From contig OZ024743.1 of the NCBI GenBank assembly GCA_964016885.1, positions 243,536,001 to 243,600,000 on the forward strand: 64,000 nt of DNA, in the 5' to 3' direction. Both the position numbers and the translations under genes were made by a program. The notes beneath the pieces are model-generated. The model was not told the origin of the DNA and ran no database searches. It was given only the letters and a program-made list of their open reading frames with translations. The stretch is from Eledone cirrhosa. Taxonomy: Eukaryota. Shown here one piece after another: positions 23,341-36,844 of this stretch; within the stretch, counting starts at the first letter, position 1; each line of letters opens with the position of its first letter.

Positions 23341-24048
23341 GAAAGGCAGTGCCCATCGCCCCTTTCAAGGCCTCTGAGATTGAATGTAAGGTAGAGATAA
23401 GGCCTGTTACTATTTCCTGCAAAAGGGTCTGGTGATGGTGTCAAGTCAATCACATAAGGGTCAGGTGATAAAGAGGTTGGTTCTATGCTTTAACATCTCA
23501 GCCAATTCACCACCTACACAAACATACATTAACACATACATATATATACATACAAAGAAAGTCAGACAGACATATAAACACAACATACATACACATACAC
23601 ATACACATGCATACACATAGATATACATATGCATGCATTCATACAAGCATACATGCATACACACACATACATATACATATATAATACACATTTGTGCTTT
23701 TGGGTTTGTGGCCATGCTGGGGTAGCTCATTTTATTAGTCACTGTATTGGTCTCTATTTACCAAATAGCTAAATTACCTTTTTCTATAAAGGGGCTGCAA
23801 AACAAATATTTATTTGCTTAATTAGTGAATGTTCTTTACAGAAAAAATACTATAAGTTGTTCTAAGGCATTGGCAGCCATTCAGTGGATTATGATTTGCT
23901 GACAAGGTCTAATAGGACCAAAATATTTCCTTTGTTATCACAATGGCTACCAATTGCCATTAAAATAAATTTTTGTTTGATAGAAATTTTCAGAAGTTAC
24001 CTCCCTTCAACTTTCTGAAAATAAATTTTCATTAACACTAATGACTTT

Positions 24049-24090
<42 letters not shown>

Positions 24091-24149
24091 CTATATAAAA
24101 TTGTATCTATATAAAATTGTATATATATATATATATGTTGGTGTTGGTG

Positions 24150-24450
24150 TTCTTCTTCCTGAAAGGGTCGTTGGGAGCAAAGTCCTCAAACACTCCTACC
24201 AGCGGGTCTTGTCAGAAGCAACTATCTCTAACTGATCTGGCTGGATCTTGAAGGAGGACCAGCTGGGCACATAGATGTTATCCAACCATCTTGCTTAGGG
24301 TCTACACCTGGGTCTCCTGTCAGTTGATTTTGTCTATAAAATCTGTTCAGCGATTCTTTCCTGAGACATTCTAACCACATGCCCATAGTATTGGAGCTGT
24401 GATCTCTCAAGCTCTACCTGGAGTGACTTTGATATCCAAGCTACACGCAC
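24150..24450 (-). mobile_element. Second RTE-clade family 3' fragments; others 33615-34080, 37075-37505, 41066-41280 (all -)
   Basis: Frameshifted ERSQLRYYGHVVRM..RRPRG..RWMD motif; LTYGHEPWVMTE; (GAA)-type tail. Confidence 0.8.
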
Positions 24451-27184
24451 ACATATAAATATATATGTGCATATGTGTGTGTGATTACTCATTCCTATTC
24501 ACCCGAGCACATAAAAACACACACACATGCACACAGTTGAAGCTTCCATTTATTTAAATAATATGTCCTCAAACAGCTTGGCGCATATTTGAAAATGACA
24601 CAAGTTATGAAGTTTGAAAAAATACAAAAATCAAAACAAAACAAATAAAGCTGTTATGAATATATACTTGCGAAGAATATGTCTGAAATTTGATTAAAGA
24701 AATGTGACAATGATGAGATATTAGCATACACCAATAGAAATAAACCTAGGTAGAGATGTAGCATTAAAAGCTAAGAGTAACTGCTGCTTCCCACAAACTG
24801 ATTGAAGTTGGAAGATAGCCAAGAAGAGGAGGATAAGACAAGCTAGCTTATTGGAAGTGTTCAGAGATACATGGAAAGAAATAATATTGGTCAGCATTCC
24901 AGAGTTGATAGAGTAGAAGTTTGTTGTGGTATAGTAAGTATGTTCAATCGCTGTTTAATTAGAGAATAGTCTTTTAAAATGCAAGTAACTGCTGCTGCTG
25001 TTATTTAAACCTAGATTTAATCCTTTCAAGACCATATTTCAAGACCATATTTAATTGATGAAAAATGTTGAGTTATTTACTAAAATTATTTATTTCATTA
25101 CTAAGATAGTAACTTCATATATAGTTCTTATACAAAATTATGCTGGAAAACTTTAATTTAAATAGGAACCCCTTAAAGTGGTTTTATTTCAAAGAACCAG
25201 ATCTGGCATCAAAAGGGTTAAAACTGTCCTTATTTTATGAAAAACATGGTCAATGGGTTTCAATTAATTTTTAAAGGAATCAACAATTTGGAAGGATTTA
25301 GTATATAGTTCATTTCTCCATTATTAAACTGATATTTAGAACAGTGGTATCAAAAGGGATCAAAGATATTCTGGCTATGACCATCCCAACTTTTCAAGTA
25401 TAGTTTATTTCAGATATTATCCAATATGTCTTTTTTTTTTAACATAAAAGGATATGGTTTAACAGAATTTTTTTCTAGCAGGTCAAGCAACTGTTCTTCA
25501 TTTCTTTAACCCTTTAAACATTTAAAACAGCTGTATCCAGCCAGAATTCTCTCACCTCTTTCTTTTCAAACTGGCTGTAACTAGCCACTCATACTGATCT
25601 TAAGGTATTTTTCTCAAAATAAATAATATAAAAATCTCAGATTCTATATTATGTGAGATAAAGTCTTTACCGAGAAAATACAAGAGTAAATATAGAGTAA
25701 TGTTAAGGGTTAAACCTTTTTATTATCATATTTCAAATGAAATATGATAATTTTCAAATTGTTATGAACCATATGATATAATTTGGAGGAATTTATTAAT
25801 AAAGCTAACTTTCTCATTATTAATCTGATCTTGAAATATAACATCTTTACTAGAAAATAAGCCGACCCCACCATTTTATGTCTGAGAAATGGGCAAAAAT
25901 CCAAACCTTATTTATGTAGAATATGCAGTTGGTGAAAATCATCATGATATTGACCTCGAATATAAGCTGACCCCTCTTCTATGATTGATTTTTTGGTCAT
26001 ATATTCCTCGGTGTATATTCAAGTATATACGGTAATTTAAAGGTTCTTACCTAAAATTATGATAAAAGCTTTTTAGATCAATATATACACTTTAAAATAT
26101 ACAGAAGTTGGTTTGTTATGAAAAATGTTAAGATAGAAGGGTGGGGTTTGAGAGAAATTTGGCTACCTTTTCTAACAGGTCAAACAACTATATAGAGGCT
26201 CTCTTGTCTCAAGAACTATTGCTACTGTTGTTTTTTGTAAGTAGTTTAATAGACCAGAGATTGCTAAAGTATTGATTTCTTTTAACTAGACCTACACCCA
26301 ATTTTTGTAGAAGAGGTAGGAATAGTCAGCTGAATACCAGCAGAATATTACTGGTATTTATATCAACAACTGTTAGAGAAATAAAACACATAGCAACCCC
26401 CCTAATAATACTTGATCTCAGAATGCTACTACTATTAAATGATGTCATTTGGTCTGCTAACTGACCAATAAATAGCTGAAATACTGAAGGAGATCTATTA
26501 TCAAAGCCATTCCAGTTGTGACCATCCCATCCTTTACCTAGCTACAATACATGAAGGACCACATTAGCCAATATTTTTTATTTCTAAGATGATAAGGTGT
26601 GATTTGAGGGAGATTTGACTGCTATTTCATGCCATTTAAATGGCTGTTAAGAGGATCCATCATCGTTAGTTTACATAAGCTTGCAGTGGTGTAGATATAT
26701 AGTCCAGGTTACCAAACAGACATAAATGATAAAGAGTGTTCCAGCCATGACTATCCTGTCTTTTTTTCCAGACATTGTGTATGTAGGACTACATCATCCA
26801 AAGAGCCCCTACATGTGTTTTAAAGACAGTAGAGTATGAATTGAGGATGATTTGGTAGCTATATCTAGCAGGTTAAATGACCATCTAGAGGTTCTCTGTA
26901 TTGACTAGTGATGAAGATGTGTAGTGTAATGAGGTATAATAAAGCACAGCAGATTTATTGGATTGATTCCAATATTTTCATGTTTCAAGTGCTAATTACT
27001 CTACACCTCAAAATCACGTTTTCTAATATTTCTCTATAGACGCTGGCATAACTGTGTGGTTAAGGAGTTTACATCAATAACCTCTGATTGACCAATGCTG
27101 CGTCGGTGCAATTTGGTAGTCAGAAACTAAAAAAGCCTATGATATATATATATATACACACACACACATATATATATATATATA

Positions 27185-28140
27185 TGAGGTGGTATCAAAA
27201 AGTTCCCAGACTGGTTATGTTTAAAAAAAACTAACATATTTACCTAACTTTTAAGACCATCTCCTTTGAAATAGTTACCTTGTACAACAATACACTGGTC
27301 CCAGCATTCGTGCCACTTTTCGAATCGAGGACTTTCTATGATTCACTCTGGATTTCGACAACGGTGTTAAAATGTCGACCTTTAAGCTGCATTTTCAGCT
27401 TAGTAAAGAGATAGAAGTCTGCAAGTGCTAAATCTGGTGAATAGGGTGGGTGCAGAAGCGATTCAATGTTTTTAGTGTGAAATTCACGAGTTAGGAAAGC
27501 TCGGTGACAGGGTGCATTATCGTTGTGAAGAATCCAATTCTTTGTGCTCCACAGATCTGGTCGCTTTCGCCGAACATCCTCCCTCAAACACCTCAAAACT
27601 TTGCAATAGAATTCATGATTGATGGTCTGGCCCTGGAGGATGAATTATTAATGCACAACACCGTGGACGTGAAAAAAAAAAATGATGAGCATGCTCTTGA
27701 TTGGGCTGTGACTCTAATATGCCTTCTTCAGTCATGGAGATGAAGGTCTTTTCCACTGTGTCGACTGCTGCTTCATCCTGGGGTCACCCGTAGACCCAAC
27801 TCTCATCACCAGAGATGATCCTTGACTTCAAAGATGGGTCATCAGCACCACGCTGATGGAGATCTTCACAGACTTTGATGCAATGTCCTTTCTGCTCAGT
27901 GGTCAACAGTGACATGCCGCATTTTGAATTCAGATGTTAAGATTGTCTGCATGGACCCACACAACATACCAACAACATCAGAAATATTCCAACGATCCTC
28001 TTGAACAAGCTGATTAATTTTCTCCAAATTTCTGAGCAGGTCTTCCAAATTGCTTGTCATCTTCCATGGACGTTCTTCTGCTTTTGAAGCGCCCGTGCCA
28101 CTTGAAACAGTGCATATGACCCATTGAGTCTTCTCTATCC
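27185..28140 (-). mobile_element. Mariner (DD34D-type) transposase relic with one TIR
   Basis: WILHNDNAPCH..HPPYSPDLALADFYLF..LKG; TA-flanked TIR-like TGAGGTGGTATCAAAAAGTTCCCAGACT at 27185. Confidence 0.88.
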
Positions 28141-28239
28141 TGTATAAATTCTTATCTGGAATTACAGTTAGCCATCCTTGAACGAAAGCAGTGATACAGA
28201 TTGCGAAGTCCATGTCTCCTTTGTAGGTTTCATTATACA

Positions 28240-28640
28240 TGTGTGTGTGTGTGTATGAAATTAGACTATGTATGTTGCATTATACATGTGTATGTATGTT
28301 AAATAAGCTTATGTATGTTGCATTATACGTATATGTATGTGTGTATTGTGTCAAGCTAAACTATGTTTGTTTCATTATACATCTATGTATGTATGTGTTT
28401 TCCAAGCTAGACTATCTATGTTCCATTAAAAATACATGTGTGTGTGTGTATGTGTCAAGCTTCACTATGTATATTCCATTATACATATATGTATGTGTTT
28501 GCTAAGCTATGTATGTTCCATTGAAAATAGATGTGTGAGTGTCAAGCTAGACTATGTTTGTTCCTTTTTACATACATGTGTGTATCCAGCTCAACTATGT
28601 ACGTTCTATTATAAATATATGTATGTGTCTGTATGTGTGT
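28240..28640. repeat. Degenerate ~45-bp minisatellite (GTCAAGCTAGACTATGTATGTTCCATTATACAT..)
   Basis: About 9 diverged units. Confidence 0.75.
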
Positions 28641-29429
28641 CCTGACTATATGAGCTGTTTCTGTTGTCTCTTCCATTCCAGATTTGTCCTTTTATCTGAA
28701 AATACATAAGAAATAAGATTTCTGTTAGACTACTGTTCCAGTTATAGTTTAGTCCCATAGCTACACTAATCCAGCAGACCTATGATCAAAAGTGTTCCAA
28801 CTGTAACTATTCCATCTTATTTTTGTTTTTAGGAGTCACTAGAACTACATTATCTCATGTAACCTAAAGTGTGGTTTGTGGGAAAGGGGGCTGCTATTTC
28901 TAACAGGTAGAGTAGCTATTACTGGGCTGAAACATTTTTTTTTCAGTTTGTTTTAATCATAAAAGAACTAGTTTGGAAATTTCTGTTCAAATTTAACACA
29001 GCTATGTTCTAAAATTTTAAATCCTCAGAAGATAAAAATATATTAATGTTATTCATTTGCTTCACAAGAAATTATTCTGCAGAAGTGTTGTACCCTTCCA
29101 CAATAGTAGCAAGCCTATCTACTGATATCTTTTCTGCAGATAAGAGAGTAGCAGCTGGTTTGGGCAATAGAGGGTTGGCCTATAGACTGAAGGTGTGATG
29201 GTTCGTACTGCATCTTTGCCACTGCATTGCAACCTTAATCAAAACATTTAATTCTCAAATTGTTCAGTTCATCTAGCTATTAATAAGTTGCTGTTGTTGT
29301 TTAACACCAGGTCAGCTCTGATTACAGAACCTATAATGAAAGTATTCTATCAATAACTATCATGTCTTTTATTCAGACACATTTTAATCTCGGTCTACAT
29401 TATCAATGTGTTCTTTCTTTCTTGGAATA

Positions 29430-30092
29430 GGCCACATAGCCGGTCCCAGCAAAATAGACAAACATGCTTTTTAAGCTTATTTTACCGGTAAACCCTAAAG
29501 GGATGCAACTGTAGCTGAGGGTCCTGGAAGATTATTTTACCACTAAATAATTGTTTCTACTTTTGGCACAAGGCCAGCAATTACCCCAGTGTATTACTGG
29601 TACTTTATTTAATCGACCCCGTAAGGATGAAAGGCAAAGTTAACCTCGGTGGGATTTGAACTCAGAATATAAAGGTGTCATAACTCTATGCTGCAAAGCA
29701 TGGTGTCTGACATTCTACCGATACTGCCAATCCACTAAATAATAAATAATAAAAACTACTAAATAATAAAAAGTGTTTTAGAACCCAGGTAGTGACATAT
29801 CTTTAACCCAAGTTGTGACTTTCTGCTAAAATTCTTAATTTCAAAAATATTTGTCTGAGCTAAAATTCTCAAGATGTGTGTGTATGTAAAATTCTCAGTA
29901 GATGTGTGTGTATGTAACTAAAGTGTAACATACATTATGAATGGATAAAACACAAGCAGAATTATAATAAGATGATGACTAAATGATTTTAACTTGTTTT
30001 TAAACAATTGATGGTGGAAACGATATTAAATTGTCTTAACTTGAGCCACAACTGGCTACATAGTCTATTTTACTGAGGCCGGCTACATAGCC
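29430..30092. mobile_element. MITE with ~30-bp imperfect TIRs, nested in a SINE and containing a SINE
   Basis: GGCCACATAGCCGGTCCCAGCAAAATAGAC / GTCTATTTTACTGAGGCCGGCTACATAGCC; no clear TSD. Confidence 0.6.
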
Positions 30093-30510
30093 TCTTCCTT
30101 CTTTCTTTTAAGATGGTAAGGTGTAATTGAGGAAAATGTTGTTGCTATTTCTAAGGATAATTTAGAATCTTTCTAGCTATTGATATCAATCACATGATTT
30201 CATTATATTTTAGATGAGATGTTTTAAAAAATACTAACAATCTTCAGTTTATTTGTGAATGTTGATTCACTCAAATTTGTTGCAGCCAAACAACCAAGAT
30301 GGCTCAAGTTGAGCTTCATAAAAATTCACAAAAACTAAACAAATAAATATAGAACATAAGATAAATCTTACTTTTACTATTTTTTAAAAATTTTCTCAGA
30401 AAACATGTTTTTCTTTTCAAAACACTGTACTAATTTACATGATTACTCTAAATAAATTCTTCTTCTAATCAGTAACTTTTTCTGATGTTTATTGCATGGT
30501 TTGGGGGTAT

Positions 30511-30584
<74 letters not shown>

Positions 30585-31226
30585 CATACATACATACATA
30601 TAAGATACAAAAAATAAACGGAAACAACAAAGCAAATAACACAGTACAATGGAGAAATATATTAGTTTAATGTTTGATATAGTAGGAAAGAGTCTTAACG
30701 TTTTGAACACTAGTCATTCATGAGAAGATAGAATGAGACATAAAAAGTGAAACAGAAAGATAGACAGTGAGAAGAGGAAGAAAAAACGTGTGTAATACAC
30801 ACACACACACACACATATATTTCCAACCCTTGCTAGCAGGGAAAGTGGGTGTTAAATGATATATATATATCATCATCATCATCATCGTTTAACATCTATC
30901 TTCCCTGCTAGCATGGGTTAGACTATATATATATAGTGTAATGAGTAAAGCACGAATGACCATAGGTCGCTTCCAAGGTGCATGTCTGGGCAAGGTTGTT
31001 TGAAGCCCATCAGTTGCCCAAGTATACCAGTCTCCCCTCTCTATGCCACTGATGTAGTCCAAGAGAAAGGCAATGGCTGATAGAGCTTGGCACCAGTGAT
31101 GTCTAAACTCATTTCTATAGCTGAGTAAACTGAAGCAATGTAAAATAAAGTGTCTTGCTCAAGGACACAACACATCACCTGGTCCGGGAATTGAACTTAC
31201 ATCCTCACAATTGTAAGTCATATATA

Positions 31227-32115
31227 CAGGGTGCGGACGATATTTGTTCACAATTTTCAACTGCTAATTTTATGCAAATTTTTTTTACTTCCGTTGTCAC
31301 ACTTGTCTTCATAAAAACAGTGACTATATTTCCATTATTTATTTTCAGAATAATTGATTATGAATAATTTTGAACCTCCAAATTTGTGGAAGAGACACGG
31401 AGTTCTTCTTGGAATCCGCGCCAGAACGACAAATAAGGAAATTTCAGACTTTCTCAGCGTCAGCAGGAGAATGGTGTCTCATCCAAACACGTGCCCAGAG
31501 TCATGCAGACAAAGTTTCCAGCAACATCATTGGTCTTAGGTGTCGTCAGCAATGAAAGTGACGTCATGCCACCTCACTTCTTCCCTGAGGGCCTCAAGCT
31601 GAACACCGATGGCTACATCCGCGTTCTGAGCGAGGTAGTAAAGCTCTGGATCGACCAGGTAGCTGCAGGTAGGCCGTGTGTGTGGCAGCAAGACTCAGCG
31701 CCCTGCCATACCAGCTGAAAGACCCAAGCCTGGCTGTCAGAGAACTTCGTCGACCACACTTCACCTGACATCTGGCCTCCCAGCACGCCTGACCGCAACC
31801 CCCTCAACTTCTTTGTGTGGGGCGCAGTGGAACGAGACACCAACAGATCTAGCTGCAATACGAAAGACGATCTGAAGGCCAGGATCACAAGTGCCTTTAG
31901 GGGCCTAAGTCGGGAGACAGTGACGAAGGCCTGTAGCCGGTTCCGAGGCCGCCTTGAGGTCATCATCAAAGCCAATGGTAGGTTTATCAAGTGAGATCGA
32001 AAGAACAAATTATGAAGACAAACTGACCCAAGTTTGATAAATAAATCTTAAAAAATAAAACTACTGTGTTATTTTTTCATAGACAGTAATCTTGCAAACA
32101 AATATCGTCCGCACC

Positions 32116-32118
<3 letters not shown>
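31227..32118 (+). mobile_element. Second DD37D (maT) element, internally deleted
   Basis: TA|CAGGGTGCGGACGATATTTG..CAAATATCGTCCGCACCCTG|TA; very similar to 10927-11769; premature stop at ~31716. Confidence 0.92.
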
Positions 32119-32161
<43 letters not shown>

Positions 32162-32338
32162 CACATATATATATACATATATATATTTATTAAAATAACA
32201 GATTAACTATATTAATAAATATTTGCTCTACGGTTCTTATATATTTGATATATATTTATCCTTATCGAGCCCTCTTTGGGTTTTAGTCTTCAAATTTATT
32301 ATTATTACTATATATATATATATTACACATATATATAT

Positions 32339-32384
<46 letters not shown>

Positions 32385-35274
32385 CATATATATATATATT
32401 ACATATATATATTGTCTGGAATCAAAAAGAACAAATTTCTGAAAAAGTCACATAGCCTTTGACCTTTTCCTTGAAAAGATGTAGCTCTATCAAAAATCTC
32501 AGCTAATTAGCTGAAAAACTGTCACCTATAAATTGGAACACACATACATACACTTGTTTATATTTTGATTGGATTATACTCCTTACTGAGGAAAGCCATA
32601 ACAGTAGAAAAGTTGAGTCATAGTTGGCAGGAATATGGACCTACTAGCTTCTTCCATCATAGCCATTTCACAGTGGTCTTGGCAAAGATATATATTTCTC
32701 AATGGCCTTTTCCACCTAGTTGTTATATAGGTTGTTGTTGTTTAGTCCCAAGTGAGTCTTGACTATATAGACCTATGATTAAGAGCATACCAGCAATGAC
32801 CATCCCACCTTTTATTTCAAACATAATGTATCTTAGATTACAATGAGAATTGAACTCAGAATGCATTAGGATGCAAGTCATTTGGTCTGCTAAAATAGCT
32901 AAAATATTGAGACATATGATCAAAGGCACTCCAGCTGTGACAATCCAGTTGTTTTGCTAGCTATAATGCACTCAGGACCACATTATTAATTGGCAGTATC
33001 GGTAGAGGGTTGGACGCCATGCTTTGACGCATAGAGTTACGGCCCTTGCCATTCTAAGTTCAAATCCCGCCGAGGTTAACTTTGCCTTTCATCCTTATGG
33101 GGTCGATAAAATAAAGTACCAGTAATGTACTGGATAATTGCTGGCCTTGTGCCAAAAGTAGAAACAATTATTAATTTTTTTAACTTTGCTTTTCATCCTT
33201 ACGGGGTCGATAAAATAAAGTACCAGTAATGCACTGGGTAATTGCTGGCCTTGTGCCTAAAGTAGAAACAATTATTAATTTTTTTTTTCTAAAATGATAC
33301 AGTAGGATTTTAGTAAGATTTCACTACTTTTTCTAACCAGTCAGGTGACTGCATATAGGTTCCACATTGGTTAATTGTTGCTGTTTAGCTCTTGGTCAAC
33401 ACTAATTATGTAGAACTATGATCAAAGGCATTCCAGTCATGACCATCATTTTATTATTTTATTTTTTTCAATGGAATTTGTTGTCCACTCTCTATATTAT
33501 GAATGAAGGTAAAATTAGCCATTTCCTTGTCTTAAAATCAAGGACGACATCACATAACGCCATCTTATTATAGTACTTATGTTTTGAACATCATCATATA
33601 CACTAAGGAACTACTTCTTCATCTCTGTCGTCTTCTTTGCCCACTTATTTCTGAGAGGGTTGTGGGGGAAGAGTCTGCAAGCACTCCTACCAGAGGATCC
33701 TGTCAGAAGCAACCATCTCCAACTGATCCAGCTGGATCCCCAATTGAGACCAGCCAAGCACATGGATGTTATCCAACCATCTTGCTACCCCTGGGTCTCT
33801 TGCCAGTTGGTTTTACCCATAAAATTTGTCCACCAATTCTTTCCTGGGACATTCTAACCACATGCCCATAGTATCAGAGATGTGTTCTCTTGATTCAGAG
33901 AAGTAGCAGCTCTACTTGGATTGACTCTCTCATCTTTGAGCTACGTACTTTATTGTGTAACATTACTCCAAAGACCCTTCGAAGGAACCCCATTTTCGCG
34001 ATCATATTCTTACAATCATTATCCATGATTCATGACCTTAGGTAAGGGTTGGCACAAATACTGAATTGAAGATAGCAAGTAATTTAGGACTACCTTTAAG
34101 AAGGTAGGATGTGTTTTGAGCAAGTTTTGGCTGTTTTCATTGAAGTATACTGCACAACTGATGATTCTTTCTGCTGATGATTTTACTACTACTTAGAATG
34201 ATCCTGTTACAGTTTAAGAGGGTTTGAAAAGCTATGAGCTCTGTCCATAATTTACTGTGATATGAATTTAAAAAAAAAATGTTTTCAAGGAAAGACAAAC
34301 TTAACTTAAGGGCTTTGATAATAGTGTTAGGAGTTGCTTACCAACATTGTTTAGTATAAGAATATGGACTTGTTATTGTAAATTCATAGTGTACAATAAT
34401 TACTTCTGATAGAATCATTTTGCCTGGTGTGCCAAAAGAAAACCTCTGAACAACGTTTTTCTGTTATGATTCCATTAACATCTAAAATAATTTCTAGGAA
34501 TATCAAATGAACTCCAGTATTTTACTAATTCATTTCATTGATCTCAAAAGGGATCTGAAGGAGCACAATAAATATAAACATGGAAAAATAATCATACTTT
34601 AATAGCATGTTCAATCATATACCAAATAGCAACACGCAGCACTCCTACAAATACCTGACAACTAGGGAGTTAGATTGGGTGGTGGACAGGGTCAGATTAA
34701 GGTCAACTAATGCCCTAAGCACACTACAACAATAGTTATTCATAGACCCTTCCATTGTTTGACTGACATGAAGATATAAGCCCTACATGTTAAATAAAGG
34801 ATTAAAATTACATTTTTCCCAGGCAATCTCCCAGACCAGACCCTACAGTTATATTAAATATACCCCCCTCCATCTTATTGTTTTAATTTTATTTATTTAA
34901 TACTGAATAACAGTAAATTATTTATTTAGTAGTGAAGTGCCCATAAAAAAAATGACAATGAATTATGCAATGTGCGTGAAAGACTAAGATAGAAACAGTG
35001 ACTTTAGATTACACACACACATACACATACTTTTACATGTTCCAGTTGACTGGAATGTATGTTTGTGTGTGTGTATGTATGTATGTATGTATGGGTGTGT
35101 GTGTATGTATGTTCTTCTGGTTTTATAATTTCAAAATTTTTGCCAATAGAGAGAGAGTCGGTTTCTAACATAGACACAAGACTCTCTCATTGGAATTTAC
35201 ACAACATCAACTAGGTAGATATTTAACGACGGGTATTTTTAGTATTTGGTAGATGGGTTAACACAATTGTTGGA

Positions 35275-35794
35275 TGTAATAACAAGAATAAATGATTTAG
35301 TTTATATATAAAGGTTTACTTCACTTGAGTCAAAAAGAAGAATAAACATGAGTCAAAAAGAACAATAGTCAAGTTACCACGAGTTGCAAAGGTTGACAAT
35401 GTCATTTTGTTGTTGATGTGAAAACAGCGAGCGACCAGATAAAGTTTGTTGGTGGTCGCAGTCCGTGGAAGTAGTTCTCGTTGTGAGTCTGGTTTAGTCT
35501 GGGACCAGGAGAGAAAGAAAGTAATGGTCTGTAGACCTCTGAATGGTCTGTAATTGACTGTAGACCACTGTGGCCTGTAGATAGTGGTGAATCTTTCACA
35601 TAGCTGGTCTGTATCGTGGTGCTCCGATCTCTCTATAAGGTGGGGAAATACAGGCTTTATATACCTGTCGCTTTCTGTCTCCCACCTTGAGGGGATAGCC
35701 CACGCATGAACCTGTTCACACCAAAAGGGTGGTGACCTAGAGTTTGACCTTTAGGTGTCACCCAAGGTTCAAGGCGCGGACAGATTTCGCTACA
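35275..35794 (-). mobile_element. Possible solo LTR
   Basis: TGTA...TACA ends; minus-strand TATATAAAG box near 35655-35665; higher GC than flanks; no TSD found. Confidence 0.4.
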
Positions 35795-35997
35795 GATATG
35801 TATGTATATCTGCATCCATGCATGTGTAGATATGGATGTTATTGTATATGTGGATGTGTATGTTTTGAGTTGTATGTGTGCATGTGTATATGCTTTGTAT
35901 CTGTACATGTGTATATGCAGTTATTAGATGCAACATTTTTGGAATGTTTTACATATTTTTACTGTTCCGTTAATGGATTGTACTTATAATTTCCTAA

Positions 35998-36498
35998 CTA
36001 GTTGTGTTCTTTCTGTTCTTGTGAAGCCCAGCTTCTCAAGATTTGTATTGAGGCAGTTACTAACATACCCCAGTGCCCAATAATCACAGGCATAAATCTG
36101 AAGGTGTAATCAGGGTGGAGTATCTGCAGATTTCTCATCAGTTCTGCATAAATATTCTCCTTTTCGCTAATCTTTGATATTATATTGGTATCTGCTGGGC
36201 AGCTAACTTCCACTAATGTGCATGCTTTCTTTTCCCTGTCCCATCTCATAATATCTGGTCTGTTATGCCTGCATTTTATTGGGGTTTTTGCTGGAACATT
36301 CCACCAGTACTCTTTCATATTATGTACATGGATGTCTTCCACATTGCTGTAGCTTTTAATGTGTTTATTATCGGGGCTATCTTTTCTACGGATTGCATTG
36401 TACAGTGTTTTGGCCACTACATCATGCCTCATAGGTATGATGTAGTGGCCAAAACACTGTACAATGCAATCCGTAGAAAAAATAGCCCCGATAATAAA
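35998..36498 (-). mobile_element. R4/Dong-like non-LTR fragment (restriction-like endonuclease domain) with fold-back 5' end
   Basis: RHDVVAK..WW..HNRPDI..LVEVSCP..EKENIY..F.PVIIG motifs; 135-bp palindrome at 36364-36498. Confidence 0.85.
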
Positions 36499-36608
36499 TG
36501 TATGTATGTATAAGCGAGAGGGAGAGAAAGGTATAAACCTGACTGCGACGCCAAGCAGTTTAAGCTTATGTGCAGCAACCCTTTCCGAGGGTGTGTGGTG
36601 TGGTGTGA

Positions 36609-36643
<35 letters not shown>

Positions 36644-36644
<1 letters not shown>

Positions 36645-36844
36645 AGGTGGCCCATAAATCACTTAGCAAATTAAAGAGGCAATAACACTTTTTGTTAATT
36701 ATTTATTTTTCATTTTCATTTTAGATTTTAAAATATATGGAAATATATATTATGGACAAATTTACGACGGAGCAGTATGTAAAACCGTTATTAAAAAAAT
36801 TCAAAATATTAATAAACAAATACAGGCACTCATGGGCCACCCTT
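36644..36844. mobile_element. Tc1/mariner-type MITE
   Basis: TA-flanked AAGGTGGCCCAT / ATGGGCCACCCTT ends. Confidence 0.55.

Noticed and set aside
30443-30710. YI/IY-repeat ORFs and similar short ORFs throughout
   Set aside because: Translations of (TA)n/(CA)n microsatellites or antisense frames of transposon relics.
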